Below, piece by piece: positions 29,042 through 38,674 of a DNA stretch of 64,000 bases. The position numbers and the translations under genes were made by a program. The stretch lies in the NCBI GenBank assembly GCA_965200485.1, contig CBDAUD010000001.1:875597-939596 (forward strand), read 5' to 3'. Within the stretch, counting starts at the first letter, position 1; each line of letters begins with the position of its first letter. Source of the stretch: a bacterium (GTDB taxonomy: Bacteria > JAAXHH01). Below the pieces are notes generated by a model. That model was not told the origin of the DNA. It ran no database searches and worked only from the letters and a program-made list of their open reading frames with translations.

Positions 29042-30889
29042 CTAAGCCAGTCCCAGCGACGCCAGTTTCTCCTGCGTGGGTTCGCCTTCCGCGTTCCAGC
29101 CGCGGAGCTCGTAGTATTCCGGCAGCATCTCGCCGAGTCGATTCACTGCGCCCTTGGTCGGACCCGCCGGGATCGCTTCTTCGAGCAGCCGCTTCGGCAG
29201 TGTGTCGTCCTTGCCCGTGAATCCGGCCCGCTGGTTCCACATGCGTTCGATGTTCCAGACGCGCTCCCCGACTTCCAGCAATTCGGGCACCGTGTAGGCG
29301 ATGCCGGTCGCCGCTTCGAGCTGGGGCTGAATTTCATCCAGGCCCACCCCGAAAGTGAGAAACAGGCAGAGGCCCGATGCGTCGACGGTGCAGGTGGCAT
29401 CCTGGAATATCTTCGTGATCTCCGCCTTGCCTTCCGTGACGGCCGGATCCATTTTTTCCGGGATCCCCAGGATCTCGGGGGCGACCGTGTAGCTCTTCAG
29501 ATGGCAGGCGCCCCGGTTCGAGGTCGCGTAGCCCAGGCCCATACCCTGAATTGCGCGGGCGTCATAGGCCGGGAATTCCTGGCCGCGCACGCCCATGAAG
29601 AACTCGGGTCTGTTGAACTTGGCGGTCATGCGCTTCGAACCTTCGGCCAGCTCGTCGCCGAAGCCTTCGCGGTAAGCCGTGGCTTCCGTCAGGGCCACCA
29701 GTGCGTCTGCGTTTCCGAAGTTGAGCGCCATGCCGGTCTGCGCCTCGCCGACGGCGCCGGTTTCGTACAACTCCATGGCTGCGGCCAGCGTCGCCCCAAA
29801 GGAAATCGGGTCCATGCCGAGTTCATTGCACAGCGCATTGGCCTTGATGAGCGCGTCCAGATCGTCGATGCCGCAGTCCGCGCCCATCGCCCACGCGTTT
29901 TCGTATTCCGGCCCCTCTACCGCGATTTTCCAGTTGTGGGGTCGGGTGGTCACAGTAAACTTGTCCTGCGCCTCGCCCGGAAGCCGCGACACCCTGCCGC
30001 AGGCGATCGTACACCCGAAGCATGCCTTGTTGGCCACCAGGCGCGTATCGGCCAGGGTTTCCCCGCTGATGTTGTCCGCCCCTTCGAGCTGCGAGACCTG
30101 ATGGTTGTTCGTCGGCAGCGCCCCGCTCTCGTTGATGATGTTGACCAGCACGGCGGTTCCGTAGGCGGCCAGCCCCTCGCCCGTTACCGGATGCTCGGCC
30201 AGCTTGCTCTTCATCTCCCACATGGCCGACATGAACTTCTGGGGGTCTGCGATGGGCACACTCCCGGTGCCGCGTACGGCGATGGCCTTCAGGTTCTTCG
30301 AACCCATGACCGCGCCGACGCCGGATCGTCCCGCGGCCCGGTGCCGGTCGTTGACTATAGCAGCGAACCGAACGAGGTTTTCGCCCGCAGGCCCAATGCA
30401 GGTAACCACCGTATCATGCTGACCGGATTCCTCGCGGATGAGGTCGTCCGTCTCCCAGACCGTTTTTCCCCACAGATGCTCGGCGGAACAGATTCGGACG
30501 TCATCGTCGCAGATGGAGAGGTAGGACGGAACCGGCGCCTGCCCTTCCACGATCAGCATGTCGTACCCGGCGAACTTCAGTTCCGGCCCCCACAGGCCGC
30601 CCGAATTGGACGTGGTGATGGCGTTCGTCAACGCCCCCTTGGTGACCACCATGTAACGAGAACTCGTCGAAGCATTCGTGCCGGTCATGGGACCGGTCGC
30701 GAAGATCATCTTGTTTTCCGGACCCAGCGGGTCCGCCGCAGGGTCCATCTCCTCATAGAGGTATTTGGCCGCGAGGCCGCGCCCGCCAACAAAGGATTTT
30801 GCCCAATCCATGTTGAGGGGTTCTTTGGTAATCCGACCGTTGGTCAGATCAACGCGCAGGACTGTGCCTTTCCATCCACCGTTACTCAT
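29042..30889 (-). CDS. aor: Tungsten-containing aldehyde:ferredoxin oxidoreductase (AOR family)
   Basis: 615 aa. AOR N-terminal domain (MSNGGWKGTVLRVDLTNGRITKEP...FVGGRGLAAKYL). Typical length and Cys-containing cofactor segments (NKACFGCTIACGR). ATGA overlap with the upstream ferredoxin gene. Confidence 0.9.
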   Translation of the reverse strand: MSNGGWKGTVLRVDLTNGRITKEPLNMDWAKSFVGGRGLAAKYLYEEMDPAADPLGPENKMIFATGPMTGTNASTSSRYMVVTKGALTNAITTSNSGGLWGPELKFAGYDMLIVEGQAPVPSYLSICDDDVRICSAEHLWGKTVWETDDLIREESGQHDTVVTCIGPAGENLVRFAAIVNDRHRAAGRSGVGAVMGSKNLKAIAVRGTGSVPIADPQKFMSAMWEMKSKLAEHPVTGEGLAAYGTAVLVNIINESGALPTNNHQVSQLEGADNISGETLADTRLVANKACFGCTIACGRVSRLPGEAQDKFTVTTRPHNWKIAVEGPEYENAWAMGADCGIDDLDALIKANALCNELGMDPISFGATLAAAMELYETGAVGEAQTGMALNFGNADALVALTEATAYREGFGDELAEGSKRMTAKFNRPEFFMGVRGQEFPAYDARAIQGMGLGYATSNRGACHLKSYTVAPEILGIPEKMDPAVTEGKAEITKIFQDATCTVDASGLCLFLTFGVGLDEIQPQLEAATGIAYTVPELLEVGERVWNIERMWNQRAGFTGKDDTLPKRLLEEAIPAGPTKGAVNRLGEMLPEYYELRGWNAEGEPTQEKLASLGLA

Positions 30890-31377
30890 GCCGCATTCCC
30901 TCCCTCAATGGACTCCAGATAGGAAGCGTTGACCTTCTCGGCCCAACCGCCCAGCCAGTCGGCCGACTCGCTTTCGGTATACTCTATGGCACCGGTTGGG
31001 CAGGCGACCGCACAGGCGGGATTGCCGTCGCACAGATCGCATTTGAAGGCCTTCTGCGTGTCGGGATTGTAGAACACCGTGCCGAAGGGACAGGCAATGG
31101 TGCACAACCCGCATCCTACGCAATTGGCATCGCCCACGACCTTGGCCCCTGTATTCGCGTCGACGCTGATGGCGTTCACTGGGCAGGCCGTCATGCACCA
31201 GGCTTCGTCGCACTGGAAGCAGGTGTACGGGGCGTAACTGGCCTGCTCATCGAATATGTTGACGCGGATCAGCGACCGGGAGGGTTGAAACGTGCCGGTC
31301 TGCACCCAGGAACAGGCCAGCTCGCACTGCATGCACCCAGTACATTTTTCGGGAATGATGCGTAGAGATTCAGCCAT
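30886..31377 (-). CDS. aorA: 4Fe-4S ferredoxin-type electron-transfer subunit (AorA-like, multiple clusters)
   Basis: 163 aa with four Cys clusters: CTGCMQCELAC, CFQCDEAWCMTACP, CVGCGLCTIACP, CDLCDGNPACAVACP. SD-like AGGGAG lies upstream. Confidence 0.85.
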   Translation of the reverse strand: MAESLRIIPEKCTGCMQCELACSWVQTGTFQPSRSLIRVNIFDEQASYAPYTCFQCDEAWCMTACPVNAISVDANTGAKVVGDANCVGCGLCTIACPFGTVFYNPDTQKAFKCDLCDGNPACAVACPTGAIEYTESESADWLGGWAEKVNASYLESIEGGNAA

Positions 31378-31758
31378 ACGGACTCCCTTCTGTAAGGATT
31401 ACAGGCCTTTAAGACCTTTTCCTTTCTACTCAATCGTCCGGCAAAAGACAACAATAGCCTGCGGAAACGAGCCGTCTCCATACGAAATGGCCCGTCATCG
31501 CGAATGCACGGCGATTCTGATTCTTTATTACGATGATAACCAGATAAGACAAGGAGCTGCAGAATTGAACGCACGTAGGCTACGTTCATTCCTATATCTC
31601 AACCTGAGGGCTTGCCACATATATGTATATACAATATCACAAACAAAAGCAAATAGGAAATTGGCAAATTGCGTAATCGCCCGGTTTGCCTCCTTGCGGC
31701 CGGCCTTCGTTCGGATTTAGATTCGTGGTACAACACCCTGATTCAAAGGACATCACGC

Positions 31759-32208
31759 ATGTTCTGGTACATCATTCGGAAGATGATTCGCGGGAAGTTC
31801 CCGGGGGTCGCGCAGCTCTCCACCGAAGGTCTGCAGACCTGGCTGGACGAAGCGGTTGAAGGGGAGCGCCCGCTCCTCCTCGACGTGCGGGCATCGGCGG
31901 AATACGAGGTCAGCCACCTGCGGGGGGCTCTGTCGGCTCCATCCGGGGAAGCGGCCCTGCAGGTGCTGAAAGACGTGCCCACGGGTCACCCTGTCGTGCT
32001 GTATTGTTCCCTGGGCTACCGCTCGTCGGAAATGGCCGTATACCTGCAGAACGAGGGGGTTGGGAAGGTCTACAACCTGGAAGGATCCATCTTTGCCTGG
32101 GCAAACGAGGGACGGCCGGTCTATCGCGGAGACGAGCGTGTACATGTCGTCCATCCCTACGACCGGTTGTGGGGCAAACTGTTGAAGAAGGTGCTTCGCG
32201 CCCGGTAG
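31759..32208 (+). CDS. Rhodanese-domain protein
   Basis: About 150 aa from MFWYII. LLLDVRASAEYEVSHLRGA and active-site loop VVLYCSLGYRSSEMA. Confidence 0.8.
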   Translation: MFWYIIRKMIRGKFPGVAQLSTEGLQTWLDEAVEGERPLLLDVRASAEYEVSHLRGALSAPSGEAALQVLKDVPTGHPVVLYCSLGYRSSEMAVYLQNEGVGKVYNLEGSIFAWANEGRPVYRGDERVHVVHPYDRLWGKLLKKVLRAR

Positions 32209-32364
32209 GCGGCGTTTCGGTCCGGCGCTTTGTCACCGACCAAGCAACATGCCAGGCATCATATCGGTTGATTTTGTCATCGTCTCCCATGTTACTTCAT
32301 TGCGGTCCAGGCAGCCGACCAAATCGGCACAAACGTCACTCACCCATCGGAACAGGACCTGTCT

Positions 32365-33327
32365 ATGCCAAACCGAATACGCATCGTCATCCCCGGAGAC
32401 GATCCGCCGCAGATGCAGGGATCGCCTCATCTGAAACGACTTGAAGCCTGGGGCGAAGTCGTCCTGCACACCGATCGCCCCGAAACGGCGGACGAGCAGA
32501 TCAGCCGGGCGCGGGGCGCCACGGTGATGATCAATTCCCGGGGGCTTGTAAAGTGGCCCGGGGATGTCCTGCGCGCGTTGCCCGACCTGCGCATGATCGC
32601 GACCTGTTCAATCGGGGTGGACAGTTTCGATCTTTCGGCGATTCGGGACTGCGGTATCGTCCTCTCCAACCAGCCCGGACGGACGGCGCCGGTCGTCGCG
32701 GAACACGCTTTCGGCCTGATGTTCGCCATCGCAAAAAGGGCGGCCTACTTCACGGCGTCCATGAAAGCCGGCGGCTGGCCCCGGCTGGACGCCTGGTACC
32801 TCAGAGGCAAGACGCTCGGGCTCGTTGGCACCGGTCCCATTGGGTCGGAGATGGCGAGGCTGGCCAGAAGCGTGGGGATGAATGTCATCGCCTGGACGTA
32901 CAACCCCTCGGAGGAAAGAGCCAGGCGGCTCGGGGTAACCTACGTGGCGCTCGATGAATTGCTGCGGACTTCGGACGTCGTCTCACTGCATGTGATGTTG
33001 ACCGACGACAGCCGGCATATGATCGACAACGATGCCCTGGCAAGCATGAAACCCGGCGCGCTGCTCGTCAACTGCGGCCGGGGCGGCCTGGTGGATACGG
33101 ATGCGCTCGTCGCGGCGCTTCGGTCGGGGCGCCTGGGCGGTGCGGCCCTGGATGTCTTCGAATCGGAACCGCTGCCCGCGAATCATGCCCTGTTCGACAT
33201 GGACCAGGTAGTGCTCACCCCCCACTGCGCGGACATGACGCCTGAAGGCGTCGAGCTCCTGAACGAAGGGGCGGTCGACAATGTCATCGCCTTTCTGGAA
33301 GGCCACCCTCGGAACGTGGTGGTTTGA
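32365..33327 (+). CDS. D-isomer-specific 2-hydroxyacid dehydrogenase (NAD-binding; glyoxylate/hydroxypyruvate-reductase-like)
   Basis: 320 aa. NAD motif GLVGTGPIGSEMARLA. Catalytic region ...NCGRGGLVD...LDVFESEP...TPHCA. Confidence 0.88.
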   Translation: MPNRIRIVIPGDDPPQMQGSPHLKRLEAWGEVVLHTDRPETADEQISRARGATVMINSRGLVKWPGDVLRALPDLRMIATCSIGVDSFDLSAIRDCGIVLSNQPGRTAPVVAEHAFGLMFAIAKRAAYFTASMKAGGWPRLDAWYLRGKTLGLVGTGPIGSEMARLARSVGMNVIAWTYNPSEERARRLGVTYVALDELLRTSDVVSLHVMLTDDSRHMIDNDALASMKPGALLVNCGRGGLVDTDALVAALRSGRLGGAALDVFESEPLPANHALFDMDQVVLTPHCADMTPEGVELLNEGAVDNVIAFLEGHPRNVVV

Positions 33328-33419
33328 AAAACGTGGTGGCCTGAAAAACGTGCTGGCCAGCGCCTGCCGAACCTTTTCCTGACGAAGTATCGCTCCGCTC
33401 GCGACTTCCTGACGACTTG

Positions 33420-33818
<399 letters not shown>

Positions 33819-33855
33819 TCATCCGCTCCCTAACTTTGCGATCAAGCCCTCGGAT

Positions 33856-34545
33856 TCAAACTTGCGGCAGCGCTACTGCCTGCTTTTGAGGACTATGCGT
33901 CTGTGTGATACTATCTTTCAGCACCTCGTCCATATTATAGAAGTAATGGCCTTTCAGGTTGGGCACGTTGAAAATCAGCACTTCGCTATGAAACAACACA
34001 CCGTCATAGACATCTTTGGGCAATGCGACGATCGAACAGATTTCGGGATATTCCCCGATGGCGAACTTACGCCATCGCTTACTGGTGACCGACTGGTTCA
34101 ACCTCAACCCATAAGGCGCGAAAAGGGCGAGGGGAACATCACGGCCCCACAGCTGGACGGTTTTATGCAGCCATACTTCGGGCAACAAAGGGCGTTGACC
34201 GAAGAACCGGACAATGCGCTGCTTGCTTTCTTCGGTGATGTTGAAAGGGGGATTCGCAATCACAAGCGACGGCATTTCGATTTCGCCCGGGGGGATGCTT
34301 ATGAAATCTTGAACAACGGTATTCGGATACCCTTGATCTTCGATATCAATGCCCATGGTCTCGAAACCCGCCTGCGCAAACGGATACAGCAGGGAACCCG
34401 CCCCAACGCACGGGTCTAAAACCACGCCATCAGATGCTATATTGTCATGCAGTATATTATAAAGGAATCTACTTACCCCGGGCGGTGTGTAGACGGTCGA
34501 GTTCTTTTGAATACTGTAAAAATCGTTTCTGTCTACACGATACAT
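33856..34545 (-). CDS. Compact gamma-class N6-adenine (amino) DNA methyltransferase-like protein, no adjacent restriction enzyme
   Basis: About 230 aa from MYRVDRNDF. Motif X (STVYTPPGV), motif I (VLDPCVGAGSLL) and motif IV (VIANPPFN) occur in gamma-class order. Local GC is clearly lower than the window average. Confidence 0.65.
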   Translation of the reverse strand: MYRVDRNDFYSIQKNSTVYTPPGVSRFLYNILHDNIASDGVVLDPCVGAGSLLYPFAQAGFETMGIDIEDQGYPNTVVQDFISIPPGEIEMPSLVIANPPFNITEESKQRIVRFFGQRPLLPEVWLHKTVQLWGRDVPLALFAPYGLRLNQSVTSKRWRKFAIGEYPEICSIVALPKDVYDGVLFHSEVLIFNVPNLKGHYFYNMDEVLKDSITQTHSPQKQAVALPQV

Positions 34546-34773
34546 GGGGCGGTCTCCTTCGGGACCCGAAAAGCATGCGAACCGCAACAGGCTGAACCTA
34601 ATAGCAAGCGTTGGGCATACGCCGATGTCAAGCTTGAAACTGCGTTGTTGCTTTCATGGAAACAGCCTCGAAACGACATTTAAGATCAACCTGCAGCGTT
34701 TGGGCTGCATCAAGCCGCAGCGCCCCCCAAAAACTATTTGTCACGTAAAACAAACGGAATGTTACGAATAATA

Positions 34774-34802
34774 TTGACATTCTTCCCGGCGCCGCTTATT
34801 CT
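34774..34802 (+). promoter_or_regulatory. Sigma70-like promoter candidate for the act-sco-cox supercluster
   Basis: TTGACA (34774-34779), a 17-nt spacer, then TATTCT (34797-34802), about 75 nt upstream of the actA ATG in an AT-rich 290-nt intergenic region. Confidence 0.45.
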
Positions 34803-34876
34803 GCAAATCCGTTGTTCAAAAAGCAGGTTCATCGGCGAAGAACGCAGAAAGCAACAGAGAGACTGAACGAGCAGAT

Positions 34877-35545
34877 ATGCCACAGATTTTCTCCCCTGCC
34901 GCTAACGTGTGGCTCAAGGCGAGTATCGTCGGCGGGGCGCTACTTCTGGCAACCGTTTTAGGCACGATCCTCTACCTCGGTTCGACTTCCTACGTTACCC
35001 GGCAGCATCAGGTAAGGCCGCAGCCCGTTCCTTTCAGCCATCGCCATCACGTCAATCAGCTCGGCATTGATTGCCGGTACTGCCACGCGTCGGTGGAAAC
35101 GAGCGCCTTCGCCGGTCTGCCGGCGACCAAGACCTGCATGAGCTGCCACTCGCAGGTCTGGACCGATGCGCCGATGCTCGAACCGGTGCGGACCAGTTAC
35201 GCGACGGGCGAGTCGCTCGAATGGACCCGGGTGCACGACTTGCCGGACTACGTGTATTTCAATCACAGTATTCATGTAAACAAAGGCATCGGTTGCGAGT
35301 CCTGCCATGGCGCCGTCAATGAAATGGCCCTGACCTGGCAGGAGGAATCGCTGCAGATGATGTGGTGTCTCGAGTGCCACCGGCACCCCGAGTCGTTCAT
35401 TCGGGAGCGGGCGGACGTGTACAAGTTCGAATCCCAGCCCGATTACGCGCCGCCAGCCGACCAGATTGCGCTGGGAACGCAGCTGACCCGGGGCTACCAG
35501 GTCAACAAGGAACAACTGGAAGACTGTTCCATTTGCCACCGGTAG
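34877..35545 (+). CDS. actA: Alternative Complex III subunit ActA (pentahaem cytochrome c)
   Basis: 222 aa. N-terminal TM anchor. Five CxxCH sites: CRYCH, CMSCH, CESCH, CLECH, CSICH. Confidence 0.88.
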   Translation: MPQIFSPAANVWLKASIVGGALLLATVLGTILYLGSTSYVTRQHQVRPQPVPFSHRHHVNQLGIDCRYCHASVETSAFAGLPATKTCMSCHSQVWTDAPMLEPVRTSYATGESLEWTRVHDLPDYVYFNHSIHVNKGIGCESCHGAVNEMALTWQEESLQMMWCLECHRHPESFIRERADVYKFESQPDYAPPADQIALGTQLTRGYQVNKEQLEDCSICHR

Positions 35546-35579
35546 CGGGACAAAGGCGGAACAGCGACGGGACCGTACC

Positions 35580-38500
35580 ATGAATCAGACCTCGGAACAG
35601 CATAGCATGCAAGCGACGGAGCATAGCACGCAGGCGGCGGAAATGAACGTGGGAAAGAACGGTGCTCCTGCGTACTGGCGCAGCTTGGATGAGCTGGCCG
35701 ATACGGACGAGTTCCAGGCGTTCATGAAAAAGGAATTCCCGCAGCACGTGGAAGAAGTAAAGGCCAACCCGGTCAGCCGCAGGAAATTTCTGAAGCTGAT
35801 GGGCGCATCGATCGCCCTGGCAGGCGCCACCGCCTGTACGCGTCAACCGACCGAGAAGATCATCCCCTACGTGCTGGCTCCGGAGGAAATCGTCCCGGGC
35901 AAGCCGCTTTACTACGCTTCGGCCTATCTTCACGACGGGGTGGCGAACGGCATCCTGGCGGAAAGCCACATGGGCCGGCCCACCAAGGTCGAGGGCAATC
36001 CGGAACATCCGGCCAGCCTGGGGTCGACGGACGCTTTCGCCCAGGCTTCCATCCTGACCATGTATGATCCGGACCGTTCCCAGTCCGTGATCAGGCGGGG
36101 CCGGATTACCACCTACGATGCCTACCTGAACGAATTGAACGAAGCGCTGTCCAACCAGGAAGAGAAGCAGGGCGGCGGAATACGCCTGCTTACCGGCACG
36201 GTCACGTCGCCGACCCTGCACCGGCAGCTGGAGGGCCTGCTCGCCCGGTATCCCGGCGCCAGGTGGCACCAGTACGACCCGATTACCTTGGACAATGCCA
36301 GGGAAGGTTCCCGGCTTGCCTTCGGAGAAGTCGTCTCCTGTCGCTACCACATCGAAAAGGCGAACGTGATCCTGTCGCTGGACGGCGATTTCCTGACGAA
36401 CGGCCCCGGCGCGGTGCGGTATGCCCGGGATTTCGCCGGCCGCCGCGACGGCAACGACCCGGATAATATGAACAGGCTGTACGTCATCGAAAGCACACCT
36501 TCGCTGACCGGGGCGCAGGCCGATCATTTGCTCAGCCGGCGCGCGGGAGAGATCGAGGGGATCGCGCGGATGATCGCCGCGGGGCTGGGAATATCCGTGT
36601 CGACCGGAGCGGAAGTCGATGAGGACACGAAACGCTGGATATCCGCCGTGGTGGATGATCTTCGCGCGCAGGGCGGAACCTGCCTCGTGGTCACGGGCGA
36701 TCATCAGTCGCCCGCCGTGCATGCGCTCGTCCACGCGATGAACGACGCGCTGGGAAATGTGGGCAACACGATCACGTACTCCGAGTCGATCGAAGCCTCG
36801 CCCGTCAACCAGACCGAATCGATCACTGCATTGGCCAAAGACATGCGGGACGGCGCGGTCGACCTCCTGGTCGTGATCGGGGCCAACCCCGTCTACGACG
36901 CGCCGGCGGACCTGGATTTTGTCACGGCCATCGAAAAGGTGCCCATGCGCGTGCACGCCGGCCTGTACAACGACGAGACGGCTGAGCTGTCCCACTGGCA
37001 CATCCCGCTGGCGCATGACCTGGAAGCCTGGAGCGACGCGCGATCCTACGATGGTACGATCACCGTCGTTCAGCCGCTTATCGCACCCCTGTACCGTGGC
37101 AAGAGCACGCATGAAGTGGTGGCGGCGCTGACCGGCAACGCCCTGAAAAAGGGCTACGACATCGTCCGCGAGGACTGGCAGGCGCAGGCCTATCATGGAA
37201 CACAGGCTTTCGAGGTTTTCTGGCAAACCGCCGTGCACGACGGATTCATCGCCGGTTCCGCCCTGGCGCCGAAGGCCGTGTCGGTTGGCGCCATCGCCGG
37301 TTCCTTGGGCGCCGAATCCGGGCCGGAATCGGGCATGGAAATCATATTCAGAGCGGACCCGACCGTATGGGGCGGGCACTACGCCAACAACGGCTGGTTG
37401 CAGGAGCTGCCCAAGCCCCTGACCAAGCTGACTTGGGACAATGCCGCGCTTATGGGGCCTTCCGCGGCAAGACGTCTGGGAGTCGAAAACACCGACGTGG
37501 TTGAACTGGCGTATCGGGACCGCAAGGTGAGCGCCCCGGTATGGATTCTGCCCGGTCATCCGGACAACGCCGTAACGGTCCATCTCGGCTACGGCCGCCG
37601 CCGCGCGGGCGAGCTGGGCACGAACGCGGGTTTTGACGCCTACGCCATACGTCCTTCCACCAGTCCGCATTTCGGCGGAGGATTGCAGGTCACGCCCACC
37701 GGGGAGACTTTCGAGATATACAGCACGCAGGATCACCACGCCATGGAGCTCGAGGGCATGGGCAGCATGTCCCGCGACCGGAATCTGATCCGCGTGAGCG
37801 ACATCGAGACTTTCAAGGAAGACCCCCACGTAATCCAGGAGATGTGGGAGGAACCCGATCCGAAACGCAATCTCTATCCCGACGACCACGCGTACGACGG
37901 ACCCAACGCCTGGGGCATGGTCATCGACCTGAACAAGTGCAATGGCTGCAATACGTGCACCATCGCCTGCCAGTCGGAGAACAACATCTCGGTCGTGGGC
38001 AAGGAAGAAGTGGCCAACGCGCGCGAGATGCACTGGATCCGGATCGACCGCTACTACCGGGGCGATCTCGACACGCCGGAGACCTTCCACCAGCCCGTGC
38101 CGTGCATGCAATGCGAGAACGCGCCCTGCGAACTGGTCTGTCCCGTGGGCGCGACCGTGCACAGCAAAGAGGGCCTGAACGACATGGTCTACAACCGGTG
38201 CGTCGGCACGCGCTACTGTTCCAACAACTGTCCCTACAAGGTCCGGCGATTCAATTTCTACCTGTATTCCGATTTTGAAACACCAAGCCTGCAGCTGGGA
38301 CGCAACCCGGACGTGACGGTGCGCAGCCGCGGGGTCATGGAGAAGTGCACCTACTGTGTCCAGCGCATCAATGTCGCCCGAATCGAGGCGAAGAAGGAAG
38401 ATCGGGGCATCGCCGACGGCGAGATCCTTACGGCCTGCCAGCAGGCCTGTCCGTCCCAGGCGATCACCTTCGGAAACACGAAGGACAAGGACAGTGCGGT

Positions 38501-38615
38501 GTCCAGGCTGAAGTCCAGTCCATTGAACTACGGCATGCTAACGGATCTGCTTACCAAGCCTCGCACGACCTATCTTGGGCGGATACGCAATCCGAACCCG
38601 GTCCTTGAGGCGTGA
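35580..38615 (+). CDS. actB: Alternative Complex III subunit ActB (molybdopterin-oxidoreductase-like + FeS domains, Tat signal)
   Basis: 1011 aa. Tat motif SRRKFLKLMGASIALAGATAC. C-terminal Cys clusters (CNGCNTCTIACQ, CMQCENAPCELVCP, CVGTRYCSNNCP, CTYCVQR). Confidence 0.9.
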   Translation: MNQTSEQHSMQATEHSTQAAEMNVGKNGAPAYWRSLDELADTDEFQAFMKKEFPQHVEEVKANPVSRRKFLKLMGASIALAGATACTRQPTEKIIPYVLAPEEIVPGKPLYYASAYLHDGVANGILAESHMGRPTKVEGNPEHPASLGSTDAFAQASILTMYDPDRSQSVIRRGRITTYDAYLNELNEALSNQEEKQGGGIRLLTGTVTSPTLHRQLEGLLARYPGARWHQYDPITLDNAREGSRLAFGEVVSCRYHIEKANVILSLDGDFLTNGPGAVRYARDFAGRRDGNDPDNMNRLYVIESTPSLTGAQADHLLSRRAGEIEGIARMIAAGLGISVSTGAEVDEDTKRWISAVVDDLRAQGGTCLVVTGDHQSPAVHALVHAMNDALGNVGNTITYSESIEASPVNQTESITALAKDMRDGAVDLLVVIGANPVYDAPADLDFVTAIEKVPMRVHAGLYNDETAELSHWHIPLAHDLEAWSDARSYDGTITVVQPLIAPLYRGKSTHEVVAALTGNALKKGYDIVREDWQAQAYHGTQAFEVFWQTAVHDGFIAGSALAPKAVSVGAIAGSLGAESGPESGMEIIFRADPTVWGGHYANNGWLQELPKPLTKLTWDNAALMGPSAARRLGVENTDVVELAYRDRKVSAPVWILPGHPDNAVTVHLGYGRRRAGELGTNAGFDAYAIRPSTSPHFGGGLQVTPTGETFEIYSTQDHHAMELEGMGSMSRDRNLIRVSDIETFKEDPHVIQEMWEEPDPKRNLYPDDHAYDGPNAWGMVIDLNKCNGCNTCTIACQSENNISVVGKEEVANAREMHWIRIDRYYRGDLDTPETFHQPVPCMQCENAPCELVCPVGATVHSKEGLNDMVYNRCVGTRYCSNNCPYKVRRFNFYLYSDFETPSLQLGRNPDVTVRSRGVMEKCTYCVQRINVARIEAKKEDRGIADGEILTACQQACPSQAITFGNTKDKDSAVSRLKSSPLNYGMLTDLLTKPRTTYLGRIRNPNPVLEA

Positions 38616-38674
38616 GGCTGAACGCAGGATGACGACAGGCACGGCGGTCGCCGCCGTGCGGGAGGAATGGCTGC

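Noticed and set aside
28982-30922. 646-aa plus-strand ORF (also 44769-46556 and 44650-46065)
   Set aside because: Shadows of the AOR and coxA genes, whose identities are unambiguous.
31640-31680. Possible sigma54 promoter (TTGGCAAATTGCG) upstream of the rhodanese at 31759
   Set aside because: GG-to-GC spacing is about 8 nt instead of the required 10-11. No enhancer-binding protein gene nearby.
35502-38162. 886-aa minus-strand ORF
   Set aside because: Antisense to actB, which has a Tat signal and FeS motifs. Shadow ORF.
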